Positions 10,278-19,699 of a stretch of 64,000 nucleotides of DNA are shown here, piece by piece. Source of the stretch: an archaeon (lineage in GTDB: Archaea; Nanobdellota; Nanobdellia; Pacearchaeales; GW2011-AR1); assembly GCA_043822125.1 (NCBI GenBank), contig JBDRCB010000006.1, positions 123,520-187,519 of the forward strand, in the 5' to 3' direction. The notes below the pieces were generated by a model that saw nothing but the letters and a program-made list of their open reading frames with translations, had not been told where the DNA came from and searched no databases. Made by a program: the position numbers and the translations under genes. Position 1 is the stretch's first letter; every line of letters starts with the position of its first letter.

Positions 10278-12407
10278 TTATGCTACAGAAAATCTTAACA
10301 ATCTTTCTGAAAATTTAAATTCTCCAACCCAAAGGTAACTTCCATCATAAGCAAGAGAAGTCGACCAGAATAATTTGCCTTCTTTTGTACTTGGAATTCT
10401 GCCTTTTTCTCCTAAAAATATATCTGCTTGCTCTCCGAGGAGTGCATCTTCAATATCTGTCCAAATATGAACCGCATTAAATCCAGTATCTCCCACAAAT
10501 AAATGTCCATCATAAACTAAAACTCCTTGGGGAAGATTAAACATTCCAGTAAGAACATTTTGTTTTGCATTTGGAAGTTCATTAATTTTGTATATTAAAA
10601 TAGAACCCCCTTGTCCAAGAACAGAATTCACAACAAGATATTCTCCATCACTTGAAATTCTTGAAGGTCCTTCAGCATCCAAACTAAAGAGAGGATTCGA
10701 GATTCCATCAGGAATTCCTTCCCAAACATAAATCTTATTTGCTAAATTATCTGTAAGATAAAAATACTCATCGTCCATAGCAACTCCTTGTAAATCCTGA
10801 AATTCAACATTTCCAATTTTATCTCTAAAAACCAAATCAGGCAACTCCCCATTAAGAGGAAGATTATTCCAAATAAAGACTGTTTTCTTCCCAGCTAAAG
10901 TTAAAACATTGTTATAAATGGCATTATCCCAAGGAGCATCAGTAAGTATGTAAACAAAATCTGGATTAGCCCCACTTTCATCAGGCAAAGATTTCCAAAC
11001 ATATAATTTCCTGTCAAAATCAGAAGAAACAAATAAACTATTTCCATCTGTTGCAGGAACAGGATTGCTAATTATAAATTCTGTTTCAAGGGTGTTTGTG
11101 TAAATATCTGAACTTCCTATTGAAAAATCGGGTTTTTTTGAAACTGTGGGCAAATTACTATATCCGACAATTTTATTTCCATTACAAAGAGAAATGTAAA
11201 GTTTTCCTTTGACATAGACAATACTTGAACCATCCCCACTTTCTTTTCCCCCAAAATCATATATATCACCATTTATTGAAAAATCTGCTTCATCATTTTC
11301 ATCTTCAGGAAAACTATCCCAGACATATAATTTATCACTAACAACTATAAATTTTCCGTCTTCTGTAAATATCGGTCCCCACATTATTTCTCCATCTCTT
11401 TTTTCACTCTGAGCATTTGACATAAAAAAATCATACTGCTGATTATCTTGTGTTGGAAATGTTTTCCAAAAAAAGTTTCCTTGTGAAGACTTAAAAGCAT
11501 TATGGTCTCCTATTACCAAATTTGTGCCGTCACTTCCAATTGTCCTCGGTGTACCAAAATCATCTAATTTTATGACTATATCTGGCTCTTGATTATCTTG
11601 GATGGGGAAAGTATTCCAAATTAAAACTTGTGAAGAAGCAGTACTTGTAACAATCATTTTTTCTCCATTTGTCCAAACTGCCCAAGGCCAGGCAATATTT
11701 CCTTTTATGCTTGGGTCATCTAAACCCTGAAGAACAATATCTGCGGGTTTACCGTTGGTTGTGGGAAAAGTATTCCAAATAAGAATTCTGTGGTTGTAAG
11801 TATCTGCAACTATAAGGTGAATTCCATCAGTTGCAACTGATACGGGCCAGTTTAATTTGTCTAAACCACTTCCCGGATTATTTGTAAAAAAATTATCCTG
11901 CCCAAGAACAATATCTGGTTCTGAGTTCTCTTCAGGAAGAGAATTCCAAATAAGAATTCTATTGTTATTTCTATCTGCTAATATTAAATGTTCTCCATCA
12001 CTTGCAATACCCCCTTGATGATTAAAAAGCAAAGGACCCCCTGCATTGTTAAAATCAATGCCTGAAAGAAGGACATCTGCATATTGTTGATTTGAAAACC
12101 ATCCTGCCGGTTTTGTAACAACAGTTTTGTAGTTTGAATTTAATCTTTCTACAGATACTTCTTGTTGTCCAAGAGAGGGAGAATTATCTAAATTAAATTC
12201 ATCATCTTCGTAAATTCCTAAACAATCTGGTTTGTAACATCCACTATCAATATTTTGTTTTTCAAATTCATCGCAAATACCATCACAACCCCCTTTCTGG
12301 AGGGTTATATTATTTTCTTTTTCTGAATCAGAATTTAAAAGGTAAATACCAACACTTAATATTAAAACTATTGCAATAATTATTCCAATCATCACACTTC
12401 TTCTCAT
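10278..12407 (-). CDS. Membrane-anchored NHL-repeat beta-propeller protein
   Basis: Repeated SDGxxLxxADxxNxRILIWNxxP...PDIVLG units. Confidence 0.8.
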   Translation of the reverse strand: MRRSVMIGIIIAIVLILSVGIYLLNSDSEKENNITLQKGGCDGICDEFEKQNIDSGCYKPDCLGIYEDDEFNLDNSPSLGQQEVSVERLNSNYKTVVTKPAGWFSNQQYADVLLSGIDFNNAGGPLLFNHQGGIASDGEHLILADRNNNRILIWNSLPEENSEPDIVLGQDNFFTNNPGSGLDKLNWPVSVATDGIHLIVADTYNHRILIWNTFPTTNGKPADIVLQGLDDPSIKGNIAWPWAVWTNGEKMIVTSTASSQVLIWNTFPIQDNQEPDIVIKLDDFGTPRTIGSDGTNLVIGDHNAFKSSQGNFFWKTFPTQDNQQYDFFMSNAQSEKRDGEIMWGPIFTEDGKFIVVSDKLYVWDSFPEDENDEADFSINGDIYDFGGKESGDGSSIVYVKGKLYISLCNGNKIVGYSNLPTVSKKPDFSIGSSDIYTNTLETEFIISNPVPATDGNSLFVSSDFDRKLYVWKSLPDESGANPDFVYILTDAPWDNAIYNNVLTLAGKKTVFIWNNLPLNGELPDLVFRDKIGNVEFQDLQGVAMDDEYFYLTDNLANKIYVWEGIPDGISNPLFSLDAEGPSRISSDGEYLVVNSVLGQGGSILIYKINELPNAKQNVLTGMFNLPQGVLVYDGHLFVGDTGFNAVHIWTDIEDALLGEQADIFLGEKGRIPSTKEGKLFWSTSLAYDGSYLWVGEFKFSERLLRFSVA

Positions 12408-13090
12408 TCTAAATTTACTACTTTGATAATTTTGGTTTTATCTTTAATAAAAAACTTTAATCCTGAAGCTTGTTTTGGTATTTCAAAGAGATCATAAAAT
12501 GGTTTTTCTAAATTTGGTTGAAAACCTCCAACTCGAGTGTTTGTTGCAAAAAGAATGTAGGTATTATCTTGGTCGTCTTTTAATTCTGAAACAAACTTTA
12601 AATTAAATGGCCCTGTGTTTTGATATGTAGTTTTCCCTAAGTTTGTTATTCCCCCATTCACACGAAGATAAAATCCAGAAGTAGTTATATTCTGTCCGTC
12701 ATTAACAGTTACTTGAGCCTCTTTAGTAATATTATTTATTTTCATTGAGAACACTTCTTCTCCGTAAGTTAAATTAAACGAATCTCCTAAATTGTAATAT
12801 TCATATTGTTGTTCTAGTTTAGGAGCATTAAGCCCACTAATTACTATAAGAGTGAAATAAACCACCGTGAATATAATTACTTTTAATGGTCTGCTAATTC
12901 TAAGATATTTTTTTGGAACAGCTGCAAAAATTCCAGGAATAAAAAAAAGAAGCCCTACCAATATCTGTCCTGCTTTAATTGTTACAATCGCTGAAAAGAT
13001 AGAAAATAATACTGCTAAACCAACAAATACCCAACAAGTCACAACCCAAACACCAATTTCTTTTACTGATTCTTTTTCTTGTTTTTTCAT
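12404..13090 (-). CDS. Membrane protein with C-terminal DUF4352-like Ig domain
   Basis: 3 N-terminal TMs; ELKDDQDNTY...QPN...FEIPK. Confidence 0.6.
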   Translation of the reverse strand: MKKQEKESVKEIGVWVVTCWVFVGLAVLFSIFSAIVTIKAGQILVGLLFFIPGIFAAVPKKYLRISRPLKVIIFTVVYFTLIVISGLNAPKLEQQYEYYNLGDSFNLTYGEEVFSMKINNITKEAQVTVNDGQNITTSGFYLRVNGGITNLGKTTYQNTGPFNLKFVSELKDDQDNTYILFATNTRVGGFQPNLEKPFYDLFEIPKQASGLKFFIKDKTKIIKVVNLE

Positions 13091-13096
13091 TTAATT

Positions 13097-14635
13097 TTAA
13101 TCAACTACTCCTGGTTCTCCAGGCCCCTCGTCAACTCCTGCTACATCATTACTTCCTGTATCACCAGATGATAAATCTCCACTACTAACAACAGTGTTAT
13201 CAACAACATTATTTCCATCACTTGTTACAACTCCTTGCTTATCTCCATCAACAACATTATTCCCACTATCTCCTCCACCAGTTACAACTCCTTGCTTATC
13301 TCCTTGGATAACCATTCCAGAATCTCCTGTATCATGAGTTCCCTGAGCAAAAGTTCTCACTGCTATTTGATTTTTAATTTCATTCATTTCTTGCTTTATT
13401 TCTCTAGCTTTATTGCTTACTTCCAACCCTCCTTCTTCAACACCCCATTCGCCTTCATCTACTGTCCAATTACTTTCATCAATTGTATGTTGTGCAGACT
13501 TATTTTCAAATTCATCAATAACGTTTTCAACTTCTTTTCCAATAATATAATTTATTAAGCCCTCTTCGTTTTTAATTATTGTAATCTCTCCACATTTTTC
13601 CTCTAAAAAATTATCGTTTTCATCAAAACATTGTGGGATTGATTCTTTCATTGTTGGTATTTGCTCATCACATTCTCTTTCATGCCCGATATAATTTCCA
13701 TATTCATCCCAATCAGCACTTGTTTCTTTTAGATGTTCATATTGTTTGCATTCTGGCTTATCATTTTCATCCCAGCATTCTTCTGGAACTCCACATGAAT
13801 GTTCTATTTTATAGCCAATCATCTTGCTCTCTTTTTCTCTGAATAGATTAATTAAGAAATCTGGAACAAAACTTTCTGCAAAACCATCTCCTTTTTCTGG
13901 TTCCATTGATTTTAATTCATTGCAGGAACTCTCATCATCATTATACTCGCATTTGAGTGCAAGAGCAACCATTTTTTCACACTTTGCTTTTTGTTCTTCG
14001 TCAACATTATTTTCACAATTACAAGTTCCAGGATCATCTATGCAACTCCTAATTTCTAACATTAATTTAACAAACATTCTTTCCTGAAGGTCTTTTAATT
14101 TTTCTAAATCATCTTTAAGTGGTTCAGGGGCAGTTTTAGGATTACATTCTTCATCTTTTAACATTAAAGCAAAATCTTCTTTTGCTAATTCACTGCAATA
14201 TTCATAGGTTTTTTCAGTAAGAACTGCTGTAAGTTGAGTTTTTTCTTCTTCTAAAATATAATCGTCAAATTCGTCTGAAAGATTTTCCTCTTGATTTATT
14301 TTATCAACAATTTCATCAACATTTGTTTTAACCTCTTCAGAATTGTCTAAAGAAACTTTTTCTTGCACAATCTGGAGTTTCTCTTTTGCTTTTACCAGAT
14401 TTTGAATTGCTTTATCTTCTTCTTGATTTTGGATATTTATAATAGCGGAATTAATTTCTTTTTCTCTAATCTCTAACGCCAACCTAACTTCGTTATCTCC
14501 TCCAGAAAAAAATAACTTAACATTATCTACAAATCTGCCAAAACCAGAATATGTTCGAGCTTGTTCTTGAGCCAAAATCAAGGGTGAAACCAATAAGATT
14601 CCTAATAAAATTAAAACTATCATCTCTTTTTTCAT
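13097..14635 (-). CDS. Secreted helical/Cys-containing protein with Gly/Asp-rich repeat tail
   Basis: Signal peptide; GDKQGVVT twice and NNVVD repeats at the C-terminus. Confidence 0.75.
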   Translation of the reverse strand: MKKEMIVLILLGILLVSPLILAQEQARTYSGFGRFVDNVKLFFSGGDNEVRLALEIREKEINSAIINIQNQEEDKAIQNLVKAKEKLQIVQEKVSLDNSEEVKTNVDEIVDKINQEENLSDEFDDYILEEEKTQLTAVLTEKTYEYCSELAKEDFALMLKDEECNPKTAPEPLKDDLEKLKDLQERMFVKLMLEIRSCIDDPGTCNCENNVDEEQKAKCEKMVALALKCEYNDDESSCNELKSMEPEKGDGFAESFVPDFLINLFREKESKMIGYKIEHSCGVPEECWDENDKPECKQYEHLKETSADWDEYGNYIGHERECDEQIPTMKESIPQCFDENDNFLEEKCGEITIIKNEEGLINYIIGKEVENVIDEFENKSAQHTIDESNWTVDEGEWGVEEGGLEVSNKAREIKQEMNEIKNQIAVRTFAQGTHDTGDSGMVIQGDKQGVVTGGGDSGNNVVDGDKQGVVTSDGNNVVDNTVVSSGDLSSGDTGSNDVAGVDEGPGEPGVVD

Positions 14636-14640
14636 AAAAA

Positions 14641-14668
14641 TAACAATAAAAAGAAGTTTAAATAATTA
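14641..14668 (-). promoter_or_regulatory. Promoter region, copy 2 of the 28-bp duplication
   Basis: Near-identical to 10146-10173. Confidence 0.7.
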
Positions 14669-14694
14669 ACTCCCAATCAAGAGAGTAGAAGGAG

Positions 14695-14937
14695 TTAATT
14701 CTTTTTCTTAGGTTCTAAAAAACCGCAGATTAAAAATATCCATCCTAAACATCCAGAGATTAAAGCAGGAATAACATAAAGGTATCTATGAATAAAACAA
14801 GCAATCATCTGTTCATCATTTAAAATAAGAGCATTACAATAACCAAAACCAAAAGGAGAAATTCTTGCATTCCAAAACATATAACTGCTAAAAATTATAA
14901 AACCAATCCCAAGAACAAACCATTGATTTCTATTCAT
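14695..14937 (-). CDS. Small 2-TM membrane protein
   Basis: Two hydrophobic segments; TATA-like box upstream. Confidence 0.65.
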   Translation of the reverse strand: MNRNQWFVLGIGFIIFSSYMFWNARISPFGFGYCNALILNDEQMIACFIHRYLYVIPALISGCLGWIFLICGFLEPKKKN

Positions 14938-15012
14938 AATTAACACAAGAAATCAGAGTTTATAATATTTTTTATAATATTTTCAAGTATCGGAAACTTA
15001 ACTTTTTTTGGA

Positions 15013-15084
15013 CGCCCACGCCGGGAGTCGAACCCGGGTTGCATCCGCGACAGGGATGTGTCATAGCCGTTAGACCACGTAGGC
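15013..15084 (-). tRNA. tRNA-Asp (GTC), intronless
   Basis: Cloverleaf: acceptor GCCTACG/CGTGGGC; anticodon arm CATCC-CTGTCGC-GGATG; T arm CCGGG-TTCGACT-CCCGG. Confidence 0.95.
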
Positions 15085-15120
15085 ACGAGATATTAAGAAA
15101 AAATTTATTTTTAAAACTTG

Positions 15121-15372
15121 CTACTTCTTGAACTTCATAACTTTGACATTTCCCATAAGAGGAAATTTAGGAAGAATTTTCTTGTACAAGTCATCAACTT
15201 CCCTAGGAGTCAGCTCAACAATTCCAGAGCCATTATTTCCCCTGAAGCAGATTGCTATTGAAGCTGAATCTGCATTCAAAAAATCCTCCTTAATTAAAAT
15301 CTCCTTAATCTCCCCAGAAGTTTCAAGCCGAACAATTCCGTCATCATTTTGCTTTTTTGTCTTTACATTCAT
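15121..15372 (-). CDS. Small hypothetical protein
   Basis: 83-aa ORF with globular composition and upstream TATA. Confidence 0.7.
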   Translation of the reverse strand: MNVKTKKQNDDGIVRLETSGEIKEILIKEDFLNADSASIAICFRGNNGSGIVELTPREVDDLYKKILPKFPLMGNVKVMKFKK

Positions 15373-15447
15373 AAAAAGAACAGCATATTGATATTTATAA
15401 GAATTTATAGACGGAGAAATATATAATAAAACACCTCTTTAATAGGA

Positions 15448-16728
15448 TTACTTCCTCTTTTTTATAACTTTAAACCCAGTATATTTCCAGAGGGCCTTTG
15501 GAATTTTTATTGAACCATCTTTCTGCTGGTTGTTCTCAAGAATCGCAACCATGATTCTTGACGTCGCCAGAGCAGTATCATTCAAGGTATGCAAAATCTT
15601 TCTATTTCCATTTTTATCAACACATTTTATATTTAATTTTCTCGCCTGATAATCTGTGCAATTAGACAGAGACATAACTTCGCCATAATTATTTGTAGTA
15701 GGTCTCCAAACTTCTAAATCAGCAGATTGATATTTCCAATCAGCCATATCTCCTGTGCATAACTGCAAGACCCTATAAGGCAATTCAAGTTTTTTCAAAA
15801 TCTCTTCGGAGTTTTTCAACAACTCATCATAAAGTTTTTCTGAATCTTCTGGCTTGCAAAAAATAAACTGCTCAACCTTGTTAAACTGATGCGTCCTCCA
15901 CAAACCTTTTTCATTTATTCCGTGCGCCCCGATTTCTTTCCTGAAACACATTGAATAAGAAAAATATTTTTTAGGTAGTTCAGATTCAGAAAGAGTATCG
16001 CCAGTGTGCATCGCCAGCAAAGACTGCTCAGCAGTTCCTATAAGATTCAAATCATCGTCTTTAATAGAATAAACAGACTCCTCGATGGCTTTTTTATCCA
16101 TCGATGCATAAATTGAATTTTCATTTAACAGCAAAGGAGTTTCAATATATTCATAGCCCTTGCTCTTCATAAAATCAACTCCGAATTTTACCAAGGCTTG
16201 ATTCAGCAGCGCAAGTTCATTTTTCAGATAATAAAAACCCTTGCCAGAAACCCTCGCTGATGCTTCAAAATCTCCAAGATTCAACTCTTCAATCAATTCA
16301 ACATGATTTTTAATAGGAAAGGTAAATTTTGGAATTTTCCCAACTTTCTTTACCTCAACATTCTCAGAATCATCCTTGCCGATTGGAACTGACTTATAAA
16401 TCATATTTGGAATTTTATACATAACCTGTTTTATTTCCTCTTCAAGTTTTTTTCTTTTTTCTTCTAATTTAGAAATCTTCCCAGGAATTTCCTTCGCGGT
16501 TTTAATTAATCTAGAGGCATCTTTTTTCTGCTTCTTCGCCTGGTTAATCTCCTGCGAAATTTTGTTTCTTTCTGAACGCAGTTTATCTTCGCTGTATTTT
16601 ATCTCCCGCCACTCGCTGTCCAGTTTCAGCACTTTATCAACTAAGGGAATTTTAGAGTCCTGAAATTTTTTTCTTATATTCTCCTTGACAAGCTCAGGGT
16701 TTTCCCTTATTAACTTAATATCAATCAT
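15448..16728 (-). CDS. serS: Serine--tRNA ligase
   Basis: MIDIKLIRENPE coiled-coil arm; GTAEQ; FRKEIGAHG...RTHQFNKVEQF; SNCTDYQAR. Confidence 0.97.
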   Translation of the reverse strand: MIDIKLIRENPELVKENIRKKFQDSKIPLVDKVLKLDSEWREIKYSEDKLRSERNKISQEINQAKKQKKDASRLIKTAKEIPGKISKLEEKRKKLEEEIKQVMYKIPNMIYKSVPIGKDDSENVEVKKVGKIPKFTFPIKNHVELIEELNLGDFEASARVSGKGFYYLKNELALLNQALVKFGVDFMKSKGYEYIETPLLLNENSIYASMDKKAIEESVYSIKDDDLNLIGTAEQSLLAMHTGDTLSESELPKKYFSYSMCFRKEIGAHGINEKGLWRTHQFNKVEQFIFCKPEDSEKLYDELLKNSEEILKKLELPYRVLQLCTGDMADWKYQSADLEVWRPTTNNYGEVMSLSNCTDYQARKLNIKCVDKNGNRKILHTLNDTALATSRIMVAILENNQQKDGSIKIPKALWKYTGFKVIKKRK

Positions 16729-16798
16729 AAAAAAATTATACAAACATTATATTTAAATTTATTGAAAGATTTAAAAATACCATTAACCAAATTATTTC

Positions 16799-17440
16799 AT
16801 GGAAGGGGTGATTAATCTATATAAAGAATTTCTCTCATTTTTCCCGCCGTATGTCGGAGTGTTGTTGAACTTATTGATTTTGACATTAATTATTGTAGTA
16901 TATTCTGTTTTTGTGTGGAAGTTTTATAGGATTATTTCCAAGAAAAACACAATAGAGTTGAATTTAAACCAGTACAACATAAATCAGAACTCTTTTTTCT
17001 CAAGATTATTTTCAGGGGCATTTTATTTTTTAGAGAATATAATAATCGCTCCTCTGCTAATTTTCATCGCATTTGCTGTTTTCACATTTTTCCTGATAGC
17101 TCTCTCAGAAAATCAGGATGTTTCGCAGATCCTTGTGGTGTCGGCAGTAGTTATCGCTGCAATAAGAATGACATCGTATTACAAAGAGGATTTGTCAAAA
17201 GACCTCGCAAAAATGTTTCCGTTCCTGCTCCTGACTATTGCTGTCCTCAATCCTGCAAATTTTTCACAAGCCCAATATTTTGAAAAAATAATCTTCAACC
17301 TTAGCCAGCTCCCGAACTTCTTCGGAGAAATAATATACTATCTCGGGTTTATAATATTCCTGGAAATCATCATGAGATTCTTTGATTTTTTATTCTCTCT
17401 TTTTGGAATAGAAGAAGTTGGTGAGGAGAAAAAGAATTAA
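16799..17440 (+). CDS. Hypothetical membrane protein
   Basis: 4-5 TM helices. Confidence 0.7.
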   Translation: MEGVINLYKEFLSFFPPYVGVLLNLLILTLIIVVYSVFVWKFYRIISKKNTIELNLNQYNINQNSFFSRLFSGAFYFLENIIIAPLLIFIAFAVFTFFLIALSENQDVSQILVVSAVVIAAIRMTSYYKEDLSKDLAKMFPFLLLTIAVLNPANFSQAQYFEKIIFNLSQLPNFFGEIIYYLGFIIFLEIIMRFFDFLFSLFGIEEVGEEKKN

Positions 17441-19149
17441 TTCCTATTAACATCAGGGTGCTCATGACCTTTACCCAGTATCTCCTTTAAATTCTTAATG
17501 TGCTTTTTTCTTTCTCTTTCATATTCTTCTCCGTCGGTTTTTAGCTCTTTTATCATCTTGGAAATATATTCTCCTCCCAAAAAATGAGGAGTCAAAACAT
17601 AATCTGCTCCTTCCTCGTAAAGTGCGAGTGCGTCTTTTATTTGGTGTGCCCTCGCTATCACAATTGTTTTTGGATTAATTCTTTTTATTTTTTCAACAAG
17701 GAGAAGATTTATCTCAAATTCAGGAATAGTGGAAACAATTATTTTCACATTTTCAATAGGAAGTTCTGATATAAATTCATCGTCATAAGCATCTCCGTAA
17801 ACGCAGGAAATACCAAGCTTAGAAAGGTCCTCAATAGTTTCAGGATTAAAATCAACAACTAAATATCTTTTCTTAATCATTTTCAAAGAATTAAGTATTC
17901 CAAAACCTATTCTGTTGTATCCGAATAAAATTGAATCATATCTTTCAATATTCCCTTTCTTTTTGTTAAGCTTCTTTCTTTCAAAAATAGAAAGGTGTGA
18001 GGAGATTAAAGAATAAATTTTATTTGAATATAAAACCAAATATGTAGAGCCGCCTATTGTGATAAGAGAGATAAAAGTCATAAATGAAAGCACTTCCTGG
18101 CTTATGTGCCCGACGCTGACACCCAATGCAATAAATATAAGTGAAAACTCTCCTATTTGTGCAACAGTCAGTCCTGCCAAAAAACCAGTTCTCTTCGCAT
18201 AACCCATAAGCCCCATAATTATCATAACAACAAGAGGGTTTCCTATTAAAATCAATAGTGAAAACACAAAAATTTCAGCTCCCCTGCTAGATATATCCCC
18301 TAAAACCATCTGAGAGCCGAGGAGTATAAAAAACAGCACAATGAAAAAATCCCTGAGTGGTTTTGTCTTGGAGGAAATCTCTCTTGAATAAGGAGAAATT
18401 GAAAGGGTCACACCTGCTAGAAGGGCTCCGATTTCAATTGAAAATCCTAAATAATGAAACAAACTCGCAAGAGCGAGGCACCACCCAACAGAAAATAAAA
18501 ATAAAAATTCCTGCGAAACAGATATAACTTTCGTTAACCTCGGAAAAAATAAATAACTCACTAACGCAACAAAAATCAAAGCGAGCACACCCTTAAGTAT
18601 TGTCTGCGTGATTAAACCTGAAATAGCAATTTCATTTGAAAGAGAAGAAATAGTCATTAAAGCAAAAATTGCAACCAAATCCTGAATAATTAAAAATCCT
18701 ATTGCTATTTTTCCGTGGAGAGAATCAATCTGTCTTATGTCAGTGAGAATTTTCATGATGATAATTGTGCTGCTGAAGGTTAATGCAAGTGCAATATAAA
18801 TTGAGGTGATTGCAGTAAAACCAAATGCCTTTGCTATGAAAAAACCAATAACTGCTGTAAAAAAAATCTGTCCAAGTCCTGTCAGCAGGGAAATTTTCCC
18901 GACATCTTTTATAACACGCGGATTTAAATGAAGCCCGACCATAAAAAGCAGGAGAGCAACACCCAGTTTTGAAAATGTTTCAAAAACATTATTGCCTACC
19001 CCGATGATATTAAACAGATAAGGGCCTGCAATAATTCCTGTTATAATATATCCAATAAGAAGAGGTTGTTTTAAAATCCTCATCAGTCCTGAAATAAAAA
19101 CAGCGAGGATAATTATGATGCTGAGATTAATAAAAATATCACCTGCCAT
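17437..19149 (-). CDS. CPA2 cation:proton antiporter with TrkA-N/KTN domain (KefB/KefC-like)
   Basis: QPLLIGYIITG; IIQDL; QIGEFS; C-terminal GYNRIG Rossmann motif. Confidence 0.9.
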   Translation of the reverse strand: MAGDIFINLSIIIILAVFISGLMRILKQPLLIGYIITGIIAGPYLFNIIGVGNNVFETFSKLGVALLLFMVGLHLNPRVIKDVGKISLLTGLGQIFFTAVIGFFIAKAFGFTAITSIYIALALTFSSTIIIMKILTDIRQIDSLHGKIAIGFLIIQDLVAIFALMTISSLSNEIAISGLITQTILKGVLALIFVALVSYLFFPRLTKVISVSQEFLFLFSVGWCLALASLFHYLGFSIEIGALLAGVTLSISPYSREISSKTKPLRDFFIVLFFILLGSQMVLGDISSRGAEIFVFSLLILIGNPLVVMIIMGLMGYAKRTGFLAGLTVAQIGEFSLIFIALGVSVGHISQEVLSFMTFISLITIGGSTYLVLYSNKIYSLISSHLSIFERKKLNKKKGNIERYDSILFGYNRIGFGILNSLKMIKKRYLVVDFNPETIEDLSKLGISCVYGDAYDDEFISELPIENVKIIVSTIPEFEINLLLVEKIKRINPKTIVIARAHQIKDALALYEEGADYVLTPHFLGGEYISKMIKELKTDGEEYERERKKHIKNLKEILGKGHEHPDVNRN

Positions 19150-19193
19150 TTTAACTTACAATAAGATATACTATATAAGCGTTATGATATAAA

Positions 19194-19364
19194 TTATTTT
19201 TTTCTCCTCAATCTCTTGAGCTTTCTAACTTTAGAATCTTTGCTCTTGTTGCTGGGACTTCTTCCTTTGAAATTCTTTTTAGAAGTAGTTTTACTTTTTT
19301 TTCTTTTGCAGGAATGTTTTTTTTTCACGCTCTTTTTTGTAGATTTTTTTAATGCCACGATCAT
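19194..19364 (-). CDS. 56-aa Lys/Arg/Ser-rich basic microprotein
   Basis: Hand translation MIVALKKSTKKSVKKKHSCKRKKSKTTSKKNFKGRSPSNKSKDSKVRKLKRLRRKK. Confidence 0.55.
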   Translation of the reverse strand: MIVALKKSTKKSVKKKHSCKRKKSKTTSKKNFKGRSPSNKSKDSKVRKLKRLRRKK

Positions 19365-19366
19365 GC

Positions 19367-19584
19367 GCTGACAATCTGGACTCAGTGAAAGAGTTCCTCA
19401 AACATCTACTAACCCATCTAAATCTTCTAGTATGTTTTAAAGGTTATCTCTTCGTCGCATAGTAAGCTTATCAAATACAGATTTAATGTAGGGAGTTATA
19501 GTCCAGACCCTGCATTCGTGATGGCATTTGAAAGAGGCTGTATGCAGACATCCTTTCCAAGACAACTGAAATGTCCTCGTCAGC
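19367..19584 (-). ncRNA. Candidate structured RNA or long 5' leader of unknown family
   Basis: Nested complementary segments GCTGAC/GTCAGC, TCTGGACT/AGTCCAGA, TAAATCT/AGATTTA, CTGCAT/ATGCAG, GACA/TGTC; TATA-like TTTTAAAA ~24 nt upstream on the minus strand. Confidence 0.5.
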
Positions 19585-19699
19585 TAAAAAAACAAGGAAT
19601 CTAAAATTTTTAAAATTAACTTACCACTAAAGAATTATTGCATTTGCCTTCCAAACAAAAAATCATAAATAATATAAACAATTTTCCCTCTTTAATTTT

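Noticed and set aside
19553..19584. Hammerhead ribozyme core (CTGACGA...GAAA on the minus strand)
   Set aside because: Stem II does not abut GAAA correctly, no stem III/cleavage triplet was found, and CTGAC is used in the long-range closing helix.
19367..19584. RNase P or SRP RNA identity for the structured region
   Set aside because: The P4 consensus halves and the SRP helix-8 motif could not be placed in the right order by eye; left unassigned pending cmscan.
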